Shown here: positions 10,360 to 20,700 of the stretch, piece after piece
Layout: each line of letters starts with the position of its first letter
Position numbering within the stretch: position 1 is the stretch's first letter
IMG/VR virus record: IMGVR_UViG_3300029305_006397
Length of the DNA: 64,000 bases
Origin: a virus
Reading direction: 5' to 3' (one strand)
Translations under genes and position numbers: made by a program
The notes under the pieces: generated by a model
What the model was told of the DNA's origin: nothing
Seen by the model: only the letters and a program-made list of their open reading frames with translations
The model's database searches: none

Positions 10360-10767
10360 ATGGTGATTTTGAATGGCATTAAGAATTTTTTGCAGTTTGT
10401 AAACGATAACTGGACAATGATTGCGGCGATTGTTTTGCTTACATTGGCCCTGGCGAAAAAGATTATGAATTTCATGGGCAAGAGCAATGAAGAAAAGATT
10501 GCGATTGTAAAGAAGCAGATTCGTGAGTCCATGCTGAAATTTGTAACTGAAGCTGAAATTGATTATCAGGAATGGATGAGCGCTGGCAAGATTAAGCGCA
10601 GCCAGGTAATCAATTTGATTTACGAAAAGTATCCTGTGCTTTCAACAGTTGCGGATCAGGATGAACTGATTGCCTGGTTGGATGCAATGATTGATGAATC
10701 GCTTGCGATGATGCGCGAAATCTTCGAACAGAATGCAAAGGATACTGCGATAACGGAAGACGCATAA
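10360..10767 (+). CDS. holin, LL-H-family-like
   Basis: Single N-terminal TM (WTMIAAIVLLTLALA) followed by a helical tail (..GKIKRSQVINLIYEKY..LIAWLDAMIDESL) that resembles LL-H type holins. GGAGGG SD. Confidence 0.55.
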   Translation: MVILNGIKNFLQFVNDNWTMIAAIVLLTLALAKKIMNFMGKSNEEKIAIVKKQIRESMLKFVTEAEIDYQEWMSAGKIKRSQVINLIYEKYPVLSTVADQDELIAWLDAMIDESLAMMREIFEQNAKDTAITEDA

Positions 10768-10784
10768 ACCATAAACGAGTATAT

Positions 10785-10815
10785 GGGGAGGGCAAACTTT
10801 CCTCCCCTATTTCTT
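10785..10815 (+). terminator. intrinsic terminator
   Basis: GGGGAGGG / CCTCCCC stem followed by TATTTCTT. Confidence 0.7.
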
Positions 10816-10893
10816 ACAAGGTGTAGTTTAAAAAAGTGAATTTATTAATGAGGAAGAATTGCAATAGTGAAACGAGGGTTTCAGGCAGTTTCT

Positions 10894-10930
10894 AAAGGCA
10901 TCATATCATGTATGGATGCCTTTTAATTTA
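10894..10930 (+). terminator. second hairpin, terminator-like
   Basis: AAAGGCATC ..12 nt.. GATGCCTTT followed by T and AATTTATAT. It sits in an intergenic gap with no ORF. Confidence 0.45.
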
Positions 10931-10956
10931 TATGAAAGGCATGGTGTATATGCGAT

Positions 10957-11622
10957 ATGGGTTACTTTGAGTATTTGGGCTTGCCAGCAAAAGTAGGATT
11001 GGCGTTGGCAGCATTATTTTTAACCTCGCAGGTGGTTGGCGAAATATTAGAATTGAAGGGCAAAGTTGTTCCGGAGTTTTTAAAGCTGAGAAAAATGTAT
11101 AAGCGTAGAAAGTCCGAGAGAGAGGCGCTGGCAAAATTACCAGCTTTGATTGAGACATTTGAGCATGTGCCAGAAACACTAAAGGAAGTTAGATCATTAT
11201 TAAATGAGGTGAACCAGCATTATAGCAGTGATAACATTGCAAAGCGTGATTGTTGGATCAAGGAAGTAAATGAGCATATTAACGAAAGCGAACAGAAACG
11301 CGCCGCACAAGATGCATTAATGCGAGAGTTAGGCGAAAAGCTTGATAGGAATACCGAAATGACGCTTTCGATTTCTATAGAAAATAAGCGTAAGGAAATC
11401 ATTGATTTTGCGGCTTATGTGGCAGAAGAGAAGAATCCTGTAACCAAAGAACAATATACACGAATTTTTAAATGTCACAGAGAATATGAGGAAAGTATTT
11501 CAAGAAATGATCTTACAAACGGAGAAGTAGATATTGCAATTCGGATTATCAAAGAATCTTATGAGAATCATTTGAAGAATCATACTTTTATTGAAGATAT
11601 TCGTGGATACGATGTTCATTAA
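10957..11622 (+). CDS. N-terminally membrane-anchored protein of unknown function (lysis-cassette member by position)
   Basis: TM segment VGLALAALFLTSQVVG followed by a charged helical region. It lies directly upstream of the endolysin. Confidence 0.5.
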   Translation: MGYFEYLGLPAKVGLALAALFLTSQVVGEILELKGKVVPEFLKLRKMYKRRKSEREALAKLPALIETFEHVPETLKEVRSLLNEVNQHYSSDNIAKRDCWIKEVNEHINESEQKRAAQDALMRELGEKLDRNTEMTLSISIENKRKEIIDFAAYVAEEKNPVTKEQYTRIFKCHREYEESISRNDLTNGEVDIAIRIIKESYENHLKNHTFIEDIRGYDVH

Positions 11623-11664
11623 CGCTGGATTTCTTTTACAATTACATGGAAAGGAAGATATACG

Positions 11665-12660
11665 ATGGCAGTTAAAATTGGGAATGCATCAATTAGTGAA
11701 AATGGGTCGATTTCAGGCAAAGCTGGCGATCAGACTGGAAGAGAGGTCTATATTAAAAATTGGAAAACTCGTTCTGGAGGTTGGGTAACTCTTCGTTGTA
11801 AAAATGTAGCAATGAGAGAATACATCGCTGAAGCCATGGAAAAGGCATGTAAAAATGACGATATCGGATACGACCAGTACGATAATGATTCTCTTTGGGA
11901 TAACGTAAAAGACAAAGGATTTGATCCAAGTAAGACAACTAAAAAAGTTGAAACCGATTGCGCACGACTTGTTCGTGTATGTGTTCAGTATGCAGCTGTT
12001 AAAGTAGGATTGGACATTACTATTCCTGACTTTTATACTGCAACGCTTGTTTCAAAACTTATGTCTACTGGTTTGTTTGAGAAGATGAGTGCAAGCAAAT
12101 ATGGTTCTTCTAGCGCTCTGTTGGAGCGCGGAATGATCCAATGCTCGAACGGGAAAGGTCATACTTGGATTATTCTTTCAAATGGAGATAAGGTTGGCTC
12201 TACGACTGCGGCTCCCGGAAATGCATTGGAGTTTGGAGACAGGACTCTTGAAAAGGGAGACAAAGGCGATGACGTAAAAGAACTTCAGCAATATTTGATG
12301 AAGCTGGGCTATAAGTTGCCTAAGTACGGCGATGACGGAGATTTCGGCAGCGAAACATTGACAGCCGTTAAGCAGTTTCAAAAGGACAAGGGACTGGAAG
12401 TAGACGGTATTGTTGGTAAAAATACCACCGCTGCCCTGAAAGAATTGATTGGAACAAAGACGAAAAAGGTTGTTGTAACAGGCGGAAGGGTAAATGTGCG
12501 AAAAGGATATAACACAGATTATGATATTTTGTTTACCGCCAGTAAGAACGACGAATTTGTTTGGATTTCTACATCTACCCAAAATGGATGGCATGAGATC
12601 AAAACGAATAAGGGCGACGGTTGGATCAGCAATAAATATTCAAAAGTAATTGAAAAATAA
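11665..12660 (+). CDS. endolysin: Cys/His peptidoglycan hydrolase domain + PG_binding_1 + SH3-like domain
   Basis: Peptidoglycan-binding repeat (GDKGDDVKELQQYLMKLGY..DGDFGSETLTAVKQFQKDKGLEVDGIVG). SH3-like C-terminus (GRVNVRKGYN..NGWHEIKTNKGDGWIS). The N-terminal domain has candidate catalytic Cys (ETDCARLV) and His (KGHTWII). Confidence 0.85.
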   Translation: MAVKIGNASISENGSISGKAGDQTGREVYIKNWKTRSGGWVTLRCKNVAMREYIAEAMEKACKNDDIGYDQYDNDSLWDNVKDKGFDPSKTTKKVETDCARLVRVCVQYAAVKVGLDITIPDFYTATLVSKLMSTGLFEKMSASKYGSSSALLERGMIQCSNGKGHTWIILSNGDKVGSTTAAPGNALEFGDRTLEKGDKGDDVKELQQYLMKLGYKLPKYGDDGDFGSETLTAVKQFQKDKGLEVDGIVGKNTTAALKELIGTKTKKVVVTGGRVNVRKGYNTDYDILFTASKNDEFVWISTSTQNGWHEIKTNKGDGWISNKYSKVIEK

Positions 12661-12699
12661 TATTTAGATGCAAGATATAAAGAAAGGAGGATGAATGAC

Positions 12700-14016
12700 A
12701 TGGACTTAGCGATAATCAAACATATTAAAGTTGATTTTCACGATTCAAGATATATATCTGTTAATGCCAAACAATTTGACGAAGGTTCTCGTTATATTTT
12801 AGTTTCATGTTATAACCAAGGCAAATTTCATCGTTTGGATCAAATGTACAACATGGCGTTCATTAGGTATCGCAAACCAGATTTGAAAAATGTATTTAAC
12901 ATGTGTCAGATTAATGAGAATGGTGAAATCCTTGTTGAGCTCACGATGCAGATGCTGTCTGAACCAGGTGGATGTTACGCAGATTTAGTAATCGTTCGCA
13001 ACGAGCCCATTTCTCCTTCAAGCATTACGTTTAATAGCGGAGAATTGTTATCCAACGAAAATACACAAATTTTGTCTACTATGCTGATTTGTGTCAATTG
13101 TATTCAAAACGCTGTTGATAATAGTGAAATTGAATCTTCGGACGAATACAATGCCTTGAATGAATTGTTGATTAAGGCGACAACGGATTATTCTTATGTT
13201 ATGACTGCGTGCAAGATATCGGCTGAAAATGCATTAGCCTCTGAAGATGCAGCTGCTTTATCGGAAAATAAGGCCGCTATTTCAGAGCAAAACGCATATG
13301 ATTCAGAGGTAAAAGCCAAAGAATCTGAAATGAACGCTGATACTTCAGAGACAAATGCTCTGACTTATTCAAATAACGCCAAGATATCGGAGGAACATGC
13401 ATTGGCGTCCGAAACGCATGCCGCAGAATTTCAAGAAGCTGCGGAGACAAGTGCCAAAGAAGCAGATAATTCTGCTTCAATATCTATTGAAAATGCAAAA
13501 ATTGCGACGGATAAAGCCCTTGAAAGTAATGATAATGCCTTAATGGCAAAATCATATGCTGTCGGAAACGCAGGAATTAGAGTGGACGAGGACAACGACA
13601 ATGCCAGATATTATTTCCATCAAGCCAAGGCAATTAAAGAAGGCTTGGACGGGGCTTTTCTGGCTATGGGCACAATTGAATTTTCTCAATTGGATAGCGT
13701 TACATGTGAAACCGGATATGTATATCATATTGTAGATGCATTCGTTACGGATGAAAGATTTAAGCAAGGCGCAGGACTTTCCTTTGGTGGTGGCACAAAC
13801 GTTTATTATACGGCGGATGGCTATTGGGATTGCTTTGTCGGTGAATCTACAGTAGTTGTTGATGATGGCATTGGCCTGATTGTTACTGACGATGGAGAAG
13901 GAAATGTGACTATTACCGGATATTCTGACTATTTATCAAGCAGCAGAATTATTGAGGAACTTAAAGCAAGGATAGAAACTTTAGAAAATCAGCTTGCATC
14001 TGATGCAAGCAATTAA
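12700..14016 (+). CDS. baseplate upper protein (BppU_N-like) / fibre protein
   Basis: The N-terminal domain resembles BppU_N (VNAKQFDEGSRYILVSCYNQG..ENGEILVELTMQMLSEPGGCYADLVIV). It is followed by an A/E/S-rich coiled segment with repeated (S/T)E.NA units. ATG 12700 has better SD spacing than ATG 12691. Confidence 0.65.
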   Translation: MDLAIIKHIKVDFHDSRYISVNAKQFDEGSRYILVSCYNQGKFHRLDQMYNMAFIRYRKPDLKNVFNMCQINENGEILVELTMQMLSEPGGCYADLVIVRNEPISPSSITFNSGELLSNENTQILSTMLICVNCIQNAVDNSEIESSDEYNALNELLIKATTDYSYVMTACKISAENALASEDAAALSENKAAISEQNAYDSEVKAKESEMNADTSETNALTYSNNAKISEEHALASETHAAEFQEAAETSAKEADNSASISIENAKIATDKALESNDNALMAKSYAVGNAGIRVDEDNDNARYYFHQAKAIKEGLDGAFLAMGTIEFSQLDSVTCETGYVYHIVDAFVTDERFKQGAGLSFGGGTNVYYTADGYWDCFVGESTVVVDDGIGLIVTDDGEGNVTITGYSDYLSSSRIIEELKARIETLENQLASDASN

Positions 14017-14030
14017 ATGGAGGTGATTAT

Positions 14031-14726
14031 ATGTACGTCATATTGGCTCATGATGATAATACTTTGTCAGCTCCTGTTAAACAACGCATTGTGCAACGGA
14101 GCAAGCTGGTTGATACTATGTGGTTTTTGGTTAAGCCTGTATACAATGGACATGATCTTTCATCTGCTACGGTATTACTTGAATACTTAAAACCAACGAG
14201 TAAAAAATATGAAACCGAAGTGCTCAGACTGGCAAAGGATAAATACGAGGATCATTTAAAATATGTCTTGCCTGTTGATACCAAACTGACAGATGAGGCT
14301 GGAAGTTTAGAGTTGCAACTTAGTTTTTTGTATGTGGACATTGATCCAGATGGCAATCCTGTGCAAAAAGTGCGCAAAACAGCTCCAGCGCTGAAAGTGG
14401 AAATTGTTCCAATTAGTGCTTGGAGCGACATTATTCCAGATGGTGCATTAAGCGTTATTGATCAAAGGCTGCTTAAAGTAGATGCGCAAATTAAGGCGCT
14501 TGACGATATGAATACCATTTTGATTGACGGCAAGGCAGATGATTTGACTTACGACAATAATAAGTTACAGTTGTTGGCAAATGGAAAGCGTATTGGCAGC
14601 GCGGTGAATATTGCATCTGGAGATGGTTGCGGTAACGAGGATGGAGTTCCCGTGATTGACTTTAGTACCGTAAAGGATGAAGCCCCAGATGAGTTGGAGC
14701 ACGTTGATAACGTGGTCGAATTTTAA
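14031..14726 (+). CDS. putative baseplate/fibre-associated structural protein
   Basis: 231 aa with GGAGGTG SD. The N-terminal half is loosely BppU_N-like (..TDEAGSLELQLSFLYVD..). Placed between two fibre genes. Confidence 0.5.
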   Translation: MYVILAHDDNTLSAPVKQRIVQRSKLVDTMWFLVKPVYNGHDLSSATVLLEYLKPTSKKYETEVLRLAKDKYEDHLKYVLPVDTKLTDEAGSLELQLSFLYVDIDPDGNPVQKVRKTAPALKVEIVPISAWSDIIPDGALSVIDQRLLKVDAQIKALDDMNTILIDGKADDLTYDNNKLQLLANGKRIGSAVNIASGDGCGNEDGVPVIDFSTVKDEAPDELEHVDNVVEF

Positions 14727-14736
14727 TAATTTCTAA

Positions 14737-14770
14737 AAAAGAGGACGAAGCATGCCTCTTTTTATTTCGT
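14737..14770 (+). terminator. intrinsic terminator
   Basis: AAAAGAGG ..10 nt.. CCTCTTTT followed by TTATTT. The track's ATG at 14752 lies inside this hairpin. Confidence 0.6.
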
Positions 14771-14790
14771 TAGAAGGAGGATGGATATTC

Positions 14791-17700
14791 ATGGCTTTAT
14801 CTTTTGAAGATTCATTAAAAAAAGCTTTGGAGGAAAGCAGAACAGAGAATGCAGGAATAGCTGTTGCATCATTTGAGCCGGACAATTATATGGTTGCTTC
14901 TGCTGATGTTGGAGAAGAACTTGCTGCGATTCCTGATACAATGGAAGAAACCAGTGGCATGATAGCGGCATATGACGGCTGGATGAAGCCAAACAATGCT
15001 TCGTTCTATACATATTATAATGACGAATACTACGACGATGATTATTCAATTGTAGATGATAAAAAGAACATCGAACTTAGTTCGGAACAGATTAATCTTA
15101 CACAAGAAAATAATTCGCAGTATATACCATTTCAAATTCCGCGATTCTATGACGGATACGATTTAACTACCACTGAGATTTCGATATATTGGGTTAATAA
15201 GAATCAAAGCGGATGCAGTTCAATCCCTGTTGATGTTTTTTATAATTCGGAACATATAAGGTTTGCATGGTTGATTGACAATAAAGTAACTGCATTAGCA
15301 GGTAAAATTGAGTTTGAGATTCAAGCCAGCGGAACTAACTCTCAGGGTTTGCCTTATTTGTGGAAAACAAAGAAAAACGATGGTATCAACGTAATTCAGG
15401 CATTAGAAATCAAGAAGTTTATAGAACCGGACGAAACATGGCAGGAAAGTTTTATTCGAAGGATTTCTTCTCAGGTCGGGATGGTTTCAAGCGCCAAAGA
15501 CGAAGCGGTTGCTGCTGCAAACGAAGCAAAAAAAATAGTCACTGAATTACAGAATGGCATTGACAACGAAGTTCAAAAAGCTATCGGCGATAATTACTAT
15601 ACCAAGGACGAAGTAGATACAGCAATAGCAAATGCAGATGTTGATTTGACAGGTTACGCTACGGAAGAATTTGTTCGAGAACAAATTGGCTCCATTCCTG
15701 CGCCAGATTTAAGTTCTTATGCATTGAAGAATGAATTGCCTCAAGTTCCTGAGAATATATCTGCATTTCATAATGACGCTGGTTATTTAACTGAACATCA
15801 GAGTCTGGAAGCATATGCGTTGAAATCACAGATTCCAAGCATTGAAGGATTGGCTTCGGAAGCATTTGTTCAGGAACAAATTGAAAATGCTGATCTTGAC
15901 AGTTATTATAAAAAAGAAGAAACATATAATCGAGATGAAATCGATGAAAAAGTTACAAATGTAAGTATCGATCTGACTGGTTATGCGACGGAAAAATATG
16001 TGGACGATAAGGTTGCACCGATTTCTTCCTCTGTTTCTACAAATGCAGATAATATTTCTTCTTTGAGTACAACCGTTGGTGGCCTACAAAAGACTGTTGG
16101 TTCTATTGACACTTCGCCTCGTCTCACTTACGATGTGGCTTACAATGACACAGATGATTCAGATGTAGGTGAAAACGTATTTGTTTTCTATGAAATTGAA
16201 AACGAAGGCACAGAAAAGGAAGTCAAGGAAGCAAAGAAGAAATTCACAATTGTTGGCGGCAGTGGCGGTTCGGCTACGAGCAGCACATTGAAAATTGGTT
16301 ATGTGACTACATCTCCCCTTGTTGTCACTACAAACGATAATGCGATTATCTCATACACCTTTTCCGGCACGGATTCTTCCGGCGATGCTGTGCCAGAAGG
16401 AATTGCGACATGGAAGGTTGCTGGCAGAATCGTTGCAACAAATACTGCAATTGCTGGCGAAAACTCTTTTGATGTTACGGATTATCTTTCTATCGGCACC
16501 CAGAAAGTTAATTTGTCTATTGTTGACGAAGCTGGCAGCTTGGTAACTAAAACATGGACTGTGCAAAAGATCGATGTAAGGTTGGAATCTACTTTCAATG
16601 ATGCATTAACTTATCCTATTGGAACAGTATCTTTTGATTATACTCCGTATGGCGCTATTTCCAAGGATATCCATTTTGTTCTTGATGGAACAGAAATAGG
16701 CTTGGTTACTACTACTGCATCTGGCATCCCGATGGCATATGAGCTTCCAGAGCAAGAACATGGTTCTCATTTGTTAGAAGTTTATATGACTGCTGAAATC
16801 AATGGAAATTCGATTGAATCAAATCATATAGTAAAAGATATTCTTTGGTATGACGGAGTTACTTCTGCTGTAATTGGTTCAATATATCAAGAGTTTACTG
16901 CAAGACAGTATGACTCCACAAATATTAAGGCAACAATATATGATCCTGCAACTGAAACGCCGACCGTAGAAATTGCAGTCGATGGGACTATTGTTTCAAC
17001 TCAGACATTAACTGAAAGTACGCTGACATATTCCTACAAAACAGATATTGTCGGAAAGCATACGATTACGATTAAATGCGGAGAGGTTGTCAAAACCTTA
17101 ATTGGTACGATTATAGAATTAGATATTGATGTCTCTCCTGTTACTGCTGGCTTAGTTTTTGACTTTAACCCTACTGGAAAATCAAATAATGATTCGGATA
17201 GAATTTGGAACAATGATACTGTTTCCATGTATGTATCTGATAATTTCGACTGGATCAATGGCGGATATCAAATCGACGAAAATGGAGATCAATACTTCTG
17301 CATTAAGACCGGAACCAGTGCGACGATTGATTACAAGCTGTTTGAAGATGATGCGAAAAAGAACGGTAAGGAAATGAAGCTGATCTTCAAGACCACAAAT
17401 GTGCGAAGTTCAGACGCCATTTTTCTGCATTGTATGGATAATACCACTGGTACAAATCATATTGGCATTGAGATGGGAGTGCATGAAGCGACCATTTATG
17501 GACAAGCGGGCAGCTTGTCTCTCCCCTATTCTGAAAATGATATTATTGAGTTTGAGTTTAATATCAGCAAGGATACGGAAGCAATTCCGATTGTGATGGG
17601 CTATGAAGACGGCGTATCAACCAGAAATATGGTATATGATGAATCGCACAGCTTTACGCAGAATACTCCGCAGATGATTACACTGGGTTCAGACAAGTGC

Positions 17701-20700
17701 GACCTACATATTTATAGGATGAAAGTGTACCGCACTTCTTTAACGGACAGAGGCATTTTAAACAACTTTATCGCCGATGCGCGAAATGCTGAAGAAATGA
17801 TTAATCGTCACAATCGAAACCAGATTTATGATGAGAACAGTCAGCTTGATCCTGATGTATTGGCGGAAAAGTGTCCCCATTTGAGAGTGTACAAACTTTC
17901 TGCGCCTTATTTCACTAATAATAAGTCAGACAAAGTTCCTGGAACAACCATTCAGCAGATTTATAAGAACGGCGATCCAACGCTGGATAACTGGACATGC
18001 TATGATTGTATGCACAGTGGTCAGGGTACAAGCTCTAATAACTATGGTGCTGCCGGACGCAATTTGGATTTTATTATGAATAAGTCAGGCGTAGATGGCA
18101 TAGACCCCTATTTTATTATGGGTGACGGCAGCAGGGCAACGGAAATTACTATGAGCAGGGCCTCTGTGCCCGTTGCATATTTGAACGCTAAGGTCAATAT
18201 TGCGTCAAGCAATAATCTGACGAACGCAATGCTGGCAAACAGATACAATACTTATAATCCTTATAAGAGGCCATTTATTCGCGAAGAAGGTGTGGACACC
18301 AGCTTTATTAAGGATACTATGGAGTTCCACAACTGTGTAATTTTCATTAAAGAAACAGATGCCGATTTGAGTACACACAGAGAATTTGCAGATAACAACT
18401 GGCATTTCTACGCTATCGGAAATATCGGAGATAGCAAGAAGACGGATGACACTCGTCTGACTGATATGGATGATAAGTACGAATGTTGTGTTGAGATCAT
18501 GGACGTAGAGCTTCCGCTTTCTGATTTCCCCGCAGATACTATGTATGACGCTATGGGATACAATATTGACGATACGACTGGCGAAAAGATTTATATCTGG
18601 GCAAAGGATGAAAATTTAGGTATTTTGCATGAGAAGATTGATGGAGAATATGTGCCAACGCAAGATGAACATGTGGACTTAAATAAGACATATTATGTAG
18701 ATATTCTGGAACACGATGATTTCAGCGAAGATTTTACATATGGTTGGCGCTATCTTTATGAAGGCGATGATGATGAAGAAAATGTAGAAGTATTTGATTA
18801 TTGCAAGCAGAAGTGGATTGAGGCATATAGATTCATAACAACTTCGACCGATGAAGAGTTTAAGGCTCACATCGGTGATTATTTTGTTTTGGACTCTGCG
18901 CTCTATTATTACTTGTTCACTACACGATATTGCATGCCAGATAATCGTGCCAAGAATAGCTTTTGGCATTACGGTAAGACTGGTGAAATGGATACGGAAG
19001 GTAATCCGATTCGCAAGTGGGATTTGAGTTGGGGATACGATATGGATACCAGCTTGGGTCTTAACAACTATGGCAAGCAGGTATATCGCTATGGCCTGGA
19101 AGATACAGATGTGGATGAAAAGGGCGAAGAGGTATTCCGTGAAAGTGGCAGTACATTCTTCTGTCGAATCCGTGATCTATTCCCCGCAGAGCTGAAAGCA
19201 ATGTACAATACACTGGAATCTGCAAATGCTTGGCATGCGGAAAGTTTCCTGGCTCAATGCGACGCATGGCAAGATGAGTTCCCAGAAGAATTATGGAGAG
19301 TTGATATTGAGCGCAAATATATTCGCACATATACTACAAGCTTTATCAATGGCAAGCCTGATTCTCAATTCCTGGTGAATATGGCAAACGGCAAAATGAA
19401 ATATCACAGACGACAATGGGAACGTAGTCAGGAAAAATATATGGCGTCTAAATATCAGAGCAGCATTGCAAGCAGCGACAATGCTGTTTTGCGCTGTACT
19501 GTTCCGACTGGAGATTTAGCAGTTCAACCTAATTACAGATTAAAGCTTATCCCCTATGCATACATGTATTTGAACGTGAAATATGGTACGCAGAATCCGA
19601 TTCAGGTAAAAGCTGTGCCGAACGTAGAATACGAGATTCCATTTACAGGGACAAGCGCGGACATCATTGATGTTTACAGCGCATCGCTGATTAAATCTCT
19701 GGGCGATCTCTCCACATGTTATCCTGCAACCGTAGACACAAGCCGTGCAAGTAAGCTGACAGAACTGATTATTGGTAACGATACTGCAGGATATGATAAT
19801 CCCAGCATGACCACATTGACCATGGGTGCAAATTATTTACTGGAAACATTGAATGTTGAGAATGTATCTGGCCTTGCACAATCTTTGAATTTGAGTGCGT
19901 TGAATAATTTGAAAGAATTGTATGCGGACGGATCGGGAGTCAGCGGTGTTACATTTGCAGATGGCGGACTGATTGAAACTGCTGAACTTCCGGCAATTAG
20001 TTCGATGACGGCAAAAAATTTGACGTATTTATCAGACCTGAAAATTGATTCATTTAGTAATTTGACTACCTTAGTAATCGAAAACTGCAATACGATTGAT
20101 CTACTGAATATTTTTGAGACGGCGGCAAATTTGAATCGTGTACGCATTACTGGAATCGATTGGACTTTGAGCAGCACTGATTTGCTAGATCGGATTTATT
20201 CAATGTCCGGTATTGACAAGGATGGCTATAATACTATGAAAGCAGTGTTAGCTGGAAAGGTACATATCCCGGTAATCCGGCAGCAACAATTACGCGAATA
20301 CCAAGAAGCATGGAATGATCTTGAAATTGTATACGATACATTGATTGAGCAATTTGCGGTCACATTTACAAATGACGATGGAACTATTTTAGAGGTTCAG
20401 TACGTTGATAAAGGATCGGATGCTATTGATCCTTCAACAAGAGAAAATGATCCCCTTATTCCAAACAAACAGAGCTCTATAAGTCATGATTATACGTTTG
20501 CCGGATGGGATTCTGAATTGACTCAAATTTTTGCAGATCGAATGGTGATTGCTACTTATTCTTCTTCTTTAAGGAGTTATACAATTAAGTATGTTTCCAA
20601 GGGTACGGTTATGCAGGAAAGCGTTGGCTTGTATGGTGAAAACGTACCGTATGCAGGCAGCACTCCTATTTATACATTAGAGGAGTCAGCATATGTATAC

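Noticed and set aside
10912-10930. Similarity between catgtatggatgcctttt (10912-10929) and the reverse complement of aaaaggcatccacatacg (34643-34660)
   Set aside because: The match needs a 1-nt indel and is short. It is probably coincidental similarity between AT-rich hairpin arms.
14752-14790. Upstream ATG (14752) as the start of the giant ORF
   Set aside because: This ATG lies in the loop of the terminator hairpin (14737-14770) and has no SD. ATG 14791 follows GGAGG.
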